56,671 bases of DNA from an uncultured Aquificales bacterium (GTDB lineage Bacteria; Thermosulfidibacterota; Thermosulfidibacteria; Thermosulfidibacterales; Thermosulfidibacteraceae). The DNA is taken from positions 1-56,671 of the forward strand of contig CAYPLO010000004.1 of assembly GCA_964411615.1 (NCBI GenBank). The letters are read 5' to 3'. The notes beneath the pieces were generated by a model. That model searched no databases. It was not told where the DNA came from and was given only the letters and a program-made list of their open reading frames with translations. Below, piece by piece: positions 1-9,009 of this stretch (positions are counted from its first letter, which is position 1; each line of letters begins with the position of its first letter). Position numbers and translations under genes: made by a program.

Positions 1-456
1 CCACCCCAGCAGGTGCTGTATTCTGCCGTCCTTGAGCCTGTCCACCTGGTTCAGAAAGAAGAGGGCAGTGTCGGCTTCTCCCTTATCCAGAAGCTCGGGG
101 ACGAACTCTTTAACCAGCTCTCCCTTCATGATGGTGGATGGTATAAGGCTGAACAGCTCCTTGAATTCGTCGTCCACTTCCCTTTTGTGGAGCTTCTCCC
201 ACAGCCTTCCCAGCTCGCCGGGCAGCTCCTCAAGCCTCTGGGGCTCTGACACCCCCTCTTTCACAGTCTCCTCTATGGCCTCCGCCTCTTTGACCTTGGA
301 GGCGTCCTTTCTTATCTCCTTCAGCTCCCTCTCAAGTCTGAACCGGTAGGCTAAGTAGAAGGCGGCCATGGCTGCCCAGGGATTTTTTCTCTTCTTGCAC
401 TCCTTTTTGAGTTCCTTCAGCTCCTTCTTCAGCTCCTTTTCTGTGGGCGTTGACAA
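1..456 (-). CDS. Hypothetical helical (possibly TPR-like) protein, 3' end runs off the window
   Basis: Not in the ORF track. Translated by hand from TTG at 456 (SD GGAGG upstream): MSTPTEKELKKELKELKKECKKRKNPWAAMAAFYLAYRFRLE...ADTALFFLNQVDRLKDGRIQHLLGW. No stop before position 1, and codon use matches the host. Confidence 0.75.
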   Translation of the reverse strand, partial: MSTPTEKELKKELKELKKECKKRKNPWAAMAAFYLAYRFRLERELKEIRKDASKVKEAEAIEETVKEGVSEPQRLEELPGELGRLWEKLHKREVDDEFKELFSLIPSTIMKGELVKEFVPELLDKGEADTALFFLNQVDRLKDGRIQHLLGW

Positions 457-478
457 GGCGTTACCTCCACTGTAGCTT
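450..478 (+). promoter_or_regulatory. Putative sigma70 promoter for ORF488-trmB
   Basis: TTGACA (450-455), 17-nt spacer, TAGCTT (473-478); ATG at 488. Confidence 0.5.
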
Positions 479-487
479 ATTGCAGCC

Positions 488-793
488 ATGTCTCATATCA
501 TCCTGGATACCGATTTTGAAGGGGTGGCTTCCTGCTTGGACAGGTGCTTTGTGGGGGAGGGGGTTCTCGTTCCCGTGGTTGATGACGGGTATGTGCTTCC
601 CGTGGTGGTGGCTCCGTGTTCCGAGGGGGTTATTGTGAGGGTGGAGAACGGTGGGAACCATCTTGACCAGTTGAGGGTCCAGTGTGCCATCGCCAGGGTG
701 GCCAGCCGTATTGTGGACCGTCTGGGATGTAAGGTGGTGAGGGCTACACTCTCCAGAAAGGTGATGAGGGTCTATGGTCTGCCTTTGCCCTGA
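488..793 (+). CDS. Hypothetical protein (101 aa)
   Basis: ATG ORF directly after a promoter-like motif. It overlaps the trmB start and has host-like codon use. No family recognised. Confidence 0.55.
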   Translation: MSHIILDTDFEGVASCLDRCFVGEGVLVPVVDDGYVLPVVVAPCSEGVIVRVENGGNHLDQLRVQCAIARVASRIVDRLGCKVVRATLSRKVMRVYGLPLP

Positions 794-1577
794 GGATGCG
801 GTCTCTGTAGTCCCCCACCTTAAGGGGATGGTCCTTGAGATAGGATTCGGCAACGGCGCCTTTCTCAGGTGGCTCTGGGAGCAGGGTGAATCTCCAGTTG
901 TTGGAGTGGACCTTGCCAACATAGCCTTTGAGAAGGCCAGGAGCAGACTGGCGGGTACCGGTGTGGTTGTGGTTAAGTGTGAGGCACGGTTCTTCCTGAG
1001 GTACCTTGTGGCGCCCCGTTCCCTTAAGGAGGTCTACATTCTCTTTCCCGACCCGTGGCCCAAGAACAAGAAACGAAGGCTTGTTGATAGAGATTTTGTG
1101 CTCCTTCTCTCCTCCAGGCTTGAGGAGGGGGGAAGGGTGTTCCTTGCCACGGACCACCGGGAGTATGCGGTGCAGATGGAGGAGTCAGCCCGAGGTGTTA
1201 TGGAGGTGGAGGACTGGAGACTGCCTGTGGCCACCAAGTACATGGAGAAGTGGAGGAGGATGGGAAGAGGCTACAGGGGATTCTGCCTCGTTAATAAAAG
1301 TCCCTGTGATGTTCCCTTTGAGCCTGCTCTGCCTGAGGTCTTTATGCGCCACAGGATAACCTCCTCTGTTGGGGATGTTGTGAGGATGGATGGGTCTGTG
1401 CTGAAGGTTGACGGAGCCTTTTGTGGCGATGAGGGAACCGTGTATCGCTTGGTCTATTCAGAGGGACCCTTCTCCCACAGGTTCTTCTTTTTACAGAAGG
1501 GGGACTATCTCGTGTCCCTGAACACCTGGGGGGAGGCCTATCCTCCCGTCATTCTGGACCTTTTGAGAAGGCTCTGA
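774..1577 (+). CDS. trmB: tRNA (guanine-N7)-methyltransferase with C-terminal extension
   Basis: LEIGFGNG SAM motif, FPDPWPK..KRRL, ATD..EY, TKY..KW. Confidence 0.9.
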   Translation: MVCLCPEDAVSVVPHLKGMVLEIGFGNGAFLRWLWEQGESPVVGVDLANIAFEKARSRLAGTGVVVVKCEARFFLRYLVAPRSLKEVYILFPDPWPKNKKRRLVDRDFVLLLSSRLEEGGRVFLATDHREYAVQMEESARGVMEVEDWRLPVATKYMEKWRRMGRGYRGFCLVNKSPCDVPFEPALPEVFMRHRITSSVGDVVRMDGSVLKVDGAFCGDEGTVYRLVYSEGPFSHRFFFLQKGDYLVSLNTWGEAYPPVILDLLRRL

Positions 1578-1962
1578 TGAGTCTTTCAATCCTCTCCCAG
1601 GCCCTTCTGTCTGCAGGGGCGAGCCTGTATTTGGGTATCTCCTCAGGGGTCACCACCGCCACATCCTGACACTCCAGTGCCCTGGGCTTATCTTTGGCCT
1701 CTGCCAGGACGAAGTGGAGATTCACGCACTTATCCGGATATCTGTGGGGGAGGGTGAACAGTTCCCTTACAGGCTTCACCTCTATTCCCAGCTCCTCCTT
1801 TATCTCCCTCACCAGGGCCTCTTCCGGCTCTTCTCCCGGCTCAATCTTTCCCCCGGGGAACTCCCAGTGGCCTTCAAGATGGTCCCCCTTCTTCCTCTGG
1901 GCTATGATGAGCCTTTTGCCAAGGAGTATGACTCCGGCCACCACCTCTATCCTCTCTTGCAT
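1549..1962 (-). CDS. mutT: NUDIX hydrolase, 8-oxo-dGTP diphosphatase type
   Basis: WEFPGGKIEPGEEPEEALVREIKEELG Nudix box; C-terminal APAD. Confidence 0.85.
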   Translation of the reverse strand: MQERIEVVAGVILLGKRLIIAQRKKGDHLEGHWEFPGGKIEPGEEPEEALVREIKEELGIEVKPVRELFTLPHRYPDKCVNLHFVLAEAKDKPRALECQDVAVVTPEEIPKYRLAPADRRAWERIERLIRAFSKGPE

Positions 1963-1986
1963 CTCTCACTCCCTGTGTCCTATATT
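1957..1986 (+). promoter_or_regulatory. Putative promoter of the dcw cluster (possibly leaderless rsmH)
   Basis: TTGCAT (1957-1962), 18-nt spacer, TATATT (1981-1986), ATG at 1994 with no SD. Confidence 0.4.
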
Positions 1987-1993
1987 CTCACAC

Positions 1994-2899
1994 ATGGCGG
2001 ATGTCCTTCACACCCCCGTTATGCTGGATGAGGTTATATCCTTTCTCGTGCCCTATCAAGACGGCATCGTTGTGGATGCGACGGTTGGGGAGGGGGGACA
2101 CGCGAGGGCCATCCTTGAAAGGGTTAGGCCTAGGCTTCTTGTGGCCCTGGACAGGGATATAGAGATACTATCCGTGGCCAGGGAGAGGCTCTCTGATTAC
2201 AAGAACGTTGTGTTCATCTACGGAAACTACTCATCTCTGCCGGAGCTGTTGGCTAAGGAGGGGATAGAGAGGGTGGATGCGGTGCTAATGGATTTGGGAA
2301 TCTCCTCCTTCCACCTTGAGGACCCCGAGAGGGGCTTCTCCTTCCTGGAGAAGGGCCCCCTTGATATGAGGCTGGACAGGGTGGGCTCTTCCAGGACCGC
2401 TTATGAGGTGGTCAATGAGTGGTCTGAGAAGAGGCTCGCCAGCATAATAAAAGAGTACGGTGAGGAGCCCTGGGCCAAGAGGATAGCCAGAAGAATCGTT
2501 GAGATGCGCAAAGAGCGTCCACTGAGGACCACCGAGGACCTGGTGGCTGCGGTGAAGTCTGCCATACCCAGGAGGTTCTGGCCTAAGAAGATACATGTGG
2601 CCACGAGGACCTTCCAGGCCATAAGGATAGCTGTTAACGAGGAGCTTGAGCACCTTAAGGAGGCTCTCAGGAAGGTGGTGGCTCTTCTATCCCCAGGTGG
2701 AAGGGTGGTGGTCATCTCCTTCCACTCCCTTGAGGACAGGATTGTTAAGCACAGCTTCAGGAGCTTTGAGGCCAAGGGGCTGGGAAGGGTGCTAACCAAG
2801 AAGCCGCTGGTCCCCTCTGATGAGGAGGTGGAGAGGAACCCCAGGGCCAGAAGTGCAAAACTGAGGGTCTTTGAGAGGCTGGAGGGGGATGAGGCTTAA
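1994..2899 (+). CDS. rsmH: 16S rRNA m4C1402 methyltransferase
   Basis: HTPVMLDEV, DATVGEGGHA, DLGISS, GPLDMR, FHSLEDRIVK, NPRARSAKLR. Start moved to the in-frame ATG at 1994. Confidence 0.95.
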   Translation: MADVLHTPVMLDEVISFLVPYQDGIVVDATVGEGGHARAILERVRPRLLVALDRDIEILSVARERLSDYKNVVFIYGNYSSLPELLAKEGIERVDAVLMDLGISSFHLEDPERGFSFLEKGPLDMRLDRVGSSRTAYEVVNEWSEKRLASIIKEYGEEPWAKRIARRIVEMRKERPLRTTEDLVAAVKSAIPRRFWPKKIHVATRTFQAIRIAVNEELEHLKEALRKVVALLSPGGRVVVISFHSLEDRIVKHSFRSFEAKGLGRVLTKKPLVPSDEEVERNPRARSAKLRVFERLEGDEA

Positions 2900-4319
2900 A
2901 GATGTGCTTAAAGGGATAGATTACACCCTTTTGAGGGGGGACGCTGACGTTGAGATAACCTCCCTCTGCTGTAATTCTAAACAGGCCGGTAGGGGTTCCC
3001 TCTTTTTTGCCATGCCCGGTGAGAGGACCGACGGCCATCTCTTTGTGGGCGATGCGGTTGAGAGGGGGGCGGTGGGGGTCGTCGTTTCAAAGCCCGTTGA
3101 TGTTGATGCTGTGGTGGTGCTTGTGGATGACGTGAAAAGGGCCGCATCTTTGGCCCTCAGAAACTTCTATAGGGGAGTGGATGAGAGTCTATTCAAGGTG
3201 GGTATCACCGGCACCAACGGCAAGACCACTGTGGCGGGCTTCATACACCAGTTCTGGAGCATGGAGGGCAGAGAGGCCCTCCTTGTGGGCACTGTGGAGT
3301 ACTTGGTCGGCAGGAGGAGGCTTGAGGCTGTGAACACCACCCCTGGGCTCTTTGAGCTCTGGCGGCTTATGGCCGAGGGGGTCTCTCAGGGATGCGAGGC
3401 CATGGTTATGGAGGTCTCCTCCCACGGCCTCGTTCAGGGCAGGTTGGGGGATTTGGACTTTGATGTGGGGGTGTTCACCAACCTCTCCAGGGACCATCTG
3501 GACTACCACGGGACCATGGAGGAGTACTTTGAGGCCAAAAGGCTTCTCTTTGAAAGGCACCTTGATGGGGTGGCCGTTGTAAACGCCGATGACCCCTGGG
3601 GGAGAAGGCTCTTATCAATTTTTGAGAATAGAGATAAATGCCTTCCTTACGGCCTTGGGCCCCAGTCTCACATCAAGGTGGATTCTGTCAGGGAGTCCCT
3701 TGATGGGCTGGAGGCGGTTGTTGATGGGGTTAAGGTGAGGGCCCCCTTTGTGGGACTCCACAACCTTTACAATATTCTTGCCGCCTACGGGGTTATGCTT
3801 GTGCAGGGTAAGGGTAGGGAGTTTCTGGATGCGGTCCGCAACCTGAAGCTTCCACCGGGCAGGCTGGAGAGGTTTGAAAAGAACGGCGTCGTTGTCTTTG
3901 TAGATTACGCCCATACCCCCGATGCCCTTGCAAAGGTGATTGGCCATCTGAAGCCCTTGGTTCCCGGCAGGCTTATAGTGGTCTTCGGGTGCGGCGGGGA
4001 CAGGGACAGGGGTAAAAGGCCGGAGATGGGCAGGGTGGCCACGCAGATGGGGGATGAGGTGGTTATAACCTCGGATAACCCCAGAACGGAGGACCCGGAG
4101 GCCATAGTAGGAGATATACTGAGAGGGGTGGTGGGTAATAATTACAGGGTTGTGCTTGACAGAAGGAGGGCCATAGAGGAGGCTATAGGGAGGGCATCGC
4201 CTGGGGATGTGGTTCTCATAGCGGGGAAGGGCCATGAGAACTACCAGATTGTAGGCCACACCAGGTATCCCTTTGACGACAGGGAGGTTGTTAAGGAGGT
4301 CCTGGGCATTGAAGGTTAG
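2889..4319 (+). CDS. murE: UDP-MurNAc-tripeptide synthetase (meso-DAP type)
   Basis: GITGTNGKTT, MEVSSHGL, DHLDYH, DYAHTPDAL, GCGGDRD, DNPR (meso-DAP motif), AGKGHE. Confidence 0.95.
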   Translation: MRLKDVLKGIDYTLLRGDADVEITSLCCNSKQAGRGSLFFAMPGERTDGHLFVGDAVERGAVGVVVSKPVDVDAVVVLVDDVKRAASLALRNFYRGVDESLFKVGITGTNGKTTVAGFIHQFWSMEGREALLVGTVEYLVGRRRLEAVNTTPGLFELWRLMAEGVSQGCEAMVMEVSSHGLVQGRLGDLDFDVGVFTNLSRDHLDYHGTMEEYFEAKRLLFERHLDGVAVVNADDPWGRRLLSIFENRDKCLPYGLGPQSHIKVDSVRESLDGLEAVVDGVKVRAPFVGLHNLYNILAAYGVMLVQGKGREFLDAVRNLKLPPGRLERFEKNGVVVFVDYAHTPDALAKVIGHLKPLVPGRLIVVFGCGGDRDRGKRPEMGRVATQMGDEVVITSDNPRTEDPEAIVGDILRGVVGNNYRVVLDRRRAIEEAIGRASPGDVVLIAGKGHENYQIVGHTRYPFDDREVVKEVLGIEG

Positions 4320-5637
4320 AGAGGTTCTTGAGGGGCTGGGTACCTGGTTGTCGGAGCCTGTGGATTTACCCTACAGGGGGGTGGAGACCGACTCCAGGAG
4401 GGACTGCAGGGGAAGAATCTTCTTTGCCCTTAAGGGGGAGAGGTTTGATGGTCACGATTTCGTCCTGGATGCCCTTGGCAGAGGAGCCGTATGTGCGGTT
4501 GTTGAGAGGAGCTGTCCCGGTGGAACCTTTGTGGTGGAGGATACCCTCGTTGCCTTGGGAGAGGTGGCTTCAAGGTGGAGGGACCATCTCTCCCCTGAGG
4601 TTGTTGGGATAACGGGAAGCTCTGGAAAGACCACAACCAAGGAGATGGTGAGGACGGTCCTTTCGGGGACCTTCAGGGTTTACGCCAGCAGGGGCAACGA
4701 GAACAACATGGTGGGGCTGCCCCTGAATGTGGCCAATGCCCCTGAGGATACCCAGGTTCTGGTGGTGGAGCTGGGGACCAACGCACCGGGGGAGATAGGG
4801 AGGCTATCGGCAATCTGCAGGCCCAGCATAGCTGTCATAACCTCCATCGGTGAATCTCACCTTGAGGGTCTGGGCACCGTTGATGGGGTCTTCAGGGAGA
4901 AGATGGATATACTGTGCCGTGAGACCCGGTATCTGCTCTTCCCCGCCCATTCCCCCTTCGCCCATCTGGCCGGTGAGATGTGCAAAGATATGGGGGTTGA
5001 GCTGGTCCTTGTAGGGGAGGGTTCTGATAACAGGGTAAGGGAGCTTGAGCCTGGGCTCTTTGAGTTTGTGGTGGAGGGGAGGTCCTTCAGGGCACGTATG
5101 GCCTTCTGCGGCCATCACCTCGGACTGGATGCCCTGTATGCGATAACCGTAGCCCGCATAATGGGTATCCCCGTTGAAGAGTCCCTTGAGAGGCTCTCTG
5201 GGTTCGTCCCGGTCAGGGGAAGGTTCTCAATACTTAGACTCGGCAACCTGACTCTGATAGACGATACCTACAACGCCAATCCCCTTTCAACGAAGGCGGC
5301 CCTTGACTATCTCGCAGGCCTTGAAGGGCCAAAGGCCTTCGTTATGGGCTCTATGCTGGAGCTGGGGAAGGATAGTCCTCAGCTGCACAGGATGGTTGGG
5401 AGGTATGCCCGGGAGCGTGGAGTTGACCTTATGGTGACCTTGGGGGAAGATGCCCGGATGGCCCTTGAGGCCTTTGTGGAGCTTGGAGGGAGAGGGGTTC
5501 ACTGTGAGAGCCATCGGGAGGCTGTGGAGGTGTTGAGGGAGGAGCTTCCAAAGCTAAAGGTGATTCTTGTGAAGGGTTCCAGGGGTATGCGTATGGAGAA
5601 GGTTGTGGAGGGGCTTAGGGCTTGCTCTGGAAGCTAA
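4309..5637 (+). CDS. murF: UDP-MurNAc-pentapeptide synthetase
   Basis: GERFDGHDF, GITGSSGKTTTKE, DDTYNANP, VKGSRGMRME; in-frame TTG at 4309 after AGGAGG. Confidence 0.93.
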   Translation: MKVREVLEGLGTWLSEPVDLPYRGVETDSRRDCRGRIFFALKGERFDGHDFVLDALGRGAVCAVVERSCPGGTFVVEDTLVALGEVASRWRDHLSPEVVGITGSSGKTTTKEMVRTVLSGTFRVYASRGNENNMVGLPLNVANAPEDTQVLVVELGTNAPGEIGRLSAICRPSIAVITSIGESHLEGLGTVDGVFREKMDILCRETRYLLFPAHSPFAHLAGEMCKDMGVELVLVGEGSDNRVRELEPGLFEFVVEGRSFRARMAFCGHHLGLDALYAITVARIMGIPVEESLERLSGFVPVRGRFSILRLGNLTLIDDTYNANPLSTKAALDYLAGLEGPKAFVMGSMLELGKDSPQLHRMVGRYARERGVDLMVTLGEDARMALEAFVELGGRGVHCESHREAVEVLREELPKLKVILVKGSRGMRMEKVVEGLRACSGS

Positions 5638-6701
5638 TCTACTCCTTAAGGGACCTTTTCTCCCCCTTCAACGTCTTTCACTACGTGACCTTCCGCTTGG
5701 TATACGCCCTTCTCACCTCTCTGATGGTCTCCCTCATGGTGGGTCCATGGGTTATAGAGAGGCTTAAGAGGCTGAAGCTGGGACAGGTGGTTAGGGAGTA
5801 CGTGCCCCACCACCTTTCCAAGGCGGGCACTCCCACCATGGGTGGTCTTCTCATAATCCTCTCTGTGCTTGTATCCCTGTTCATATGGGGGGACCTCGGT
5901 AATCCTCTTGTGCTTGTGTGCCTCTTCGCCTTCCTCTCCTTCGGTGCCGTGGGATTCTGGGACGATTACCTGAAGATTAAGAGACGGGATCCCAACGGCA
6001 TAGGGGCAAAGAGGAAGTTCGTTCTTCAGGTGCTTTTTGCCACCGTGGTGGCCCTGGCTATAATGGGGGTGATGGGTGATAAGGCCACCGTTGTTCAGTT
6101 CCCCTTCTTCAAGAGGTTCACCCCTGATATCGGGTGGTTCTACATCCCCTTTGCCGTGTTGGTTATAGTTGGCACCTCCAATGCGGTGAACCTCACCGAT
6201 GGCCTTGATGGGCTTGCCATAGTGCCCACCGTCATGTGTGCAGGCGCCTATGCCCTGATAGCTTATCTCGCCGGCCACTCTAAGTTCGCCCACTACCTCC
6301 ACATACTTTACGTGCCCGGTGCCGGGGAGGTGGCGGTTGTGGCCGGGGCTCTGGTAGGTGCAGGCCTTGGATTCCTCTGGTTCAACGCCTATCCGGCTGA
6401 GGTCTTCATGGGGGATACCGGTTCCCTCTCTCTGGGAGCGCTGCTTGGTACCATGGCCCTTATAACCAAGCATGAGCTGCTGCTTCCCATACTGGGAGGG
6501 GTGTTCGTTATAGAGACCCTGTCGGTGATTATACAGGTGGCGTACTTCAAGGCCACAGGTGGCAAGAGGATATTCAAGATGGCGCCCTTTCATCACCACG
6601 TTGAGAAGCAGGGTGTTCCCGAATCCAAGATAATAGTGAGGTTCTGGATAGTCTCCCTGATATTCATCCTCATAGGCCTTTCCACCCTGAAGGTGAGGTG
6701 A
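5622..6701 (+). CDS. mraY: Phospho-N-acetylmuramoyl-pentapeptide transferase
   Basis: GTPTMGG, DDYLK, NLTDGLDGL, FMGDTGSL, MAPFHHH; polytopic membrane protein. Confidence 0.96.
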   Translation: MLWKLIYSLRDLFSPFNVFHYVTFRLVYALLTSLMVSLMVGPWVIERLKRLKLGQVVREYVPHHLSKAGTPTMGGLLIILSVLVSLFIWGDLGNPLVLVCLFAFLSFGAVGFWDDYLKIKRRDPNGIGAKRKFVLQVLFATVVALAIMGVMGDKATVVQFPFFKRFTPDIGWFYIPFAVLVIVGTSNAVNLTDGLDGLAIVPTVMCAGAYALIAYLAGHSKFAHYLHILYVPGAGEVAVVAGALVGAGLGFLWFNAYPAEVFMGDTGSLSLGALLGTMALITKHELLLPILGGVFVIETLSVIIQVAYFKATGGKRIFKMAPFHHHVEKQGVPESKIIVRFWIVSLIFILIGLSTLKVR

Positions 6702-7960
6702 TGAGGCTTCTGGTTCTGGGGCTGGGTGTTTCCGGATACTGGGCTTGCAGGCTTGCCTTGAGGATGGGCTTCTCTTCCGTAACAGCCGTTGATGAAAGCC
6801 CGGGAGAGCAGGCGGTAAGGAGGGCCCAGGAGCTATCTCAGCTTGGGGTTGATGTTGTGCTGGGTTGTCTTCCTGACAGACTGGACTTTGACCTTCTGGT
6901 TGTGAGCCCAGGGGTGAGGCCCTCCCATCCTTTGATTGAAGAGGCCTGGAGAAAGGGGATTGAGGTGGTGGACGAGACGGAGTTCGCCTTCAGATTCGTC
7001 CCCCTTGAGGTGGCCAAAAGGGGCATAGTGATAACGGGAACCAACGGAAAGACCACCACAGTCTCCATGCTCGGGCATGTGCTCGGGAAAAGGGGCTCTG
7101 TCTTTGTTGGCGGGAACTACGGCGTTCCCCTTTCCAGGTACGTGCTGGACGGCCCCTGCGACTTTCTGGTCCTTGAGCTTTCAAGCTTTCAGATAGGGAG
7201 GCTTTCAAGGTTCGTTGCCATGGGGGGAGCCATTCTTAACGTGGCCCAGGACCACGTTGACTACCACGGAGGGTTTGAAAGGTACGTTGAGGCCAAGCTG
7301 AGTCTGCTGGACAGGCTCCTTGAGTTTGCCTTGGTGAACGGGGATGACCCTGTCCTTATGGAGAGGGCCGCTGGTTGTCAGAGCTTTTTCGCATCATCCC
7401 TTGATGGGAAGGTGACAGACGAGAGGATGCTATTCAACCTTCCCAATGTGGCCTGTGTGGTGGAGGTGGCGAAGAGGATGGGAATTGATTCTTGTGAGAC
7501 CCTGCAGGCCCTCGGGGACTTCTCGTATCCTCCCTTCAGGATGGAGAGGGTGGGTGAGGTTGCAGGCAGGGTCTTCTACAACGATTCCAAGGCCACCAAC
7601 CCTCACGCCGTTGAGAGGGCCCTGAGGTTCCTTAAGAGGCCTGTGGTGCTCATCATGGGCGGGGTGAACAAGGGCATGGACTTTTCCGCCCTGAGGGATG
7701 TGGCGGCAAAGAAGGTCAGGCACCTTGTGGCTTACGGTGAGGCGGGACGGGAGATAGCGAAGGGGCTGTCCTCTGTGGTTCCCTGTGAGGTTGTGGGGCC
7801 CTTTGAGGAGGCGGTGAGGCTTGCCTGGAGACTCTCCCATCCCGGGGATGCCGTTCTCCTCTCTCCCGGGTGTGCCAGCTTTGACCAGTTCTCTTCTTAC
7901 GTGGAGAGGGGGAAGGTCTTTAACAGGCTGGTGGAGGAGCTCTCTTGCGGTGGATGGTAG
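6701..7960 (+). CDS. murD: UDP-MurNAc-L-Ala:D-Glu ligase
   Basis: GLGVSG, VVSPGV, ITGTNGKTT, LELSSFQ, NDSKATN, LLSPGCASFDQF. Confidence 0.93.
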   Translation: MRLLVLGLGVSGYWACRLALRMGFSSVTAVDESPGEQAVRRAQELSQLGVDVVLGCLPDRLDFDLLVVSPGVRPSHPLIEEAWRKGIEVVDETEFAFRFVPLEVAKRGIVITGTNGKTTTVSMLGHVLGKRGSVFVGGNYGVPLSRYVLDGPCDFLVLELSSFQIGRLSRFVAMGGAILNVAQDHVDYHGGFERYVEAKLSLLDRLLEFALVNGDDPVLMERAAGCQSFFASSLDGKVTDERMLFNLPNVACVVEVAKRMGIDSCETLQALGDFSYPPFRMERVGEVAGRVFYNDSKATNPHAVERALRFLKRPVVLIMGGVNKGMDFSALRDVAAKKVRHLVAYGEAGREIAKGLSSVVPCEVVGPFEEAVRLAWRLSHPGDAVLLSPGCASFDQFSSYVERGKVFNRLVEELSCGGW

Positions 7961-9009
7961 CCGGCGGTGGAACCGGGGGACACTTCTTCCCTGCCGCTGA
8001 GGTGGCTTTAAGGCTTAAAAAGCTGGGGGATGAGGTTCTGTTTGTAGGGGTGAGAAGGGGTATAGAGGCCCGTCTCGCCCCCAAATACGGCCTTCCCCTT
8101 GCCTTTGTCCCCTTTGAGGGGATGAGGGGCAGGGGAGTTAAGGCGGCTAAGGCGTTGCTTAAGCTCCCCTATGCCCTTGTGAAGACCGTTGGGCTGGTTC
8201 GCAGGTTCAGGCCGGATGTGGTGTTCTGCACAGGTGGATACGCCTCTCTGCCCCTGGGGCTGGTGGCATTCCTCTCGGGGGTTCCCCTCTACATCCACGA
8301 GCAGAACAGCGTTCCCGGATGGGCCAATCTACTGCTTTCAAGGGTTGCCAGGGAGGTGTGGGTCTCCTTTGAGGAGTCTGCCGTCCGCTTTAAAGGGGCC
8401 AAGGTTGTCCATACGGGAAATGTGGTGAGGAAGAGTTTCGCAGACTCCTCCTTTACCCTTCCAAGTCTGAAAAGATTCAGATTGCTGGTGTTCGGTGGCT
8501 CCTCGGGGGCAAGGACCATCAACAGGGCTGTGTGTAGTGCGCTTCCTGCGCTTTTGAAGCTTGGGATTGAGCTGACCCATCAGGTGGGGGGCCTTGATAT
8601 GGAGTGGGTGAGGGAGGAGTACAATCGCTGTGGTGCCCCATATACCCCGGTTGAGTTCATAGAGGGGATGCTGGAGGAGTATCGGAGGGCATCCCTGGTT
8701 CTGTGCAGGGCAGGGGCTACCAGCCTCTTTGAGCTCTCCTGTGTGGGCAGGGGGGCCTTTCTGGTTCCTTACCCCTACGCAGTGGGGGACCACCAGAGAA
8801 TCAACGCCGAGGTCCTCGCCTCAAGGGGTGCCGCCCAGGTTATTGACAACAGCCGTCTGACGGGGGAAGAGCTAATAAAAAGGCTTGTGAGGCTCTTCTT
8901 CAACAGGAGGATTCTGGTGGTCATGGCGGAGCGTATGTTCAGGTCCCTTAAGGTCTGCTCTCTGGACAGGGAGCTGGGGAGGGTGAGAGGTGAAGTTCCC
9001 CTACGCTAA
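7945..9009 (+). CDS. murG: Lipid II GlcNAc transferase
   Basis: AGGGTGGH, GGYAS, HEQN, FGGSSGA, RAGA, HQ..NA. Confidence 0.93.
   Translation: MRWMVAGGGTGGHFFPAAEVALRLKKLGDEVLFVGVRRGIEARLAPKYGLPLAFVPFEGMRGRGVKAAKALLKLPYALVKTVGLVRRFRPDVVFCTGGYASLPLGLVAFLSGVPLYIHEQNSVPGWANLLLSRVAREVWVSFEESAVRFKGAKVVHTGNVVRKSFADSSFTLPSLKRFRLLVFGGSSGARTINRAVCSALPALLKLGIELTHQVGGLDMEWVREEYNRCGAPYTPVEFIEGMLEEYRRASLVLCRAGATSLFELSCVGRGAFLVPYPYAVGDHQRINAEVLASRGAAQVIDNSRLTGEELIKRLVRLFFNRRILVVMAERMFRSLKVCSLDRELGRVRGEVPLR

Noticed and set aside
1694..1993. Long N-terminal extension of rsmH in the ORF track
   Set aside because: It is antisense to mutT. RsmH homology starts at the ATG at 1994.
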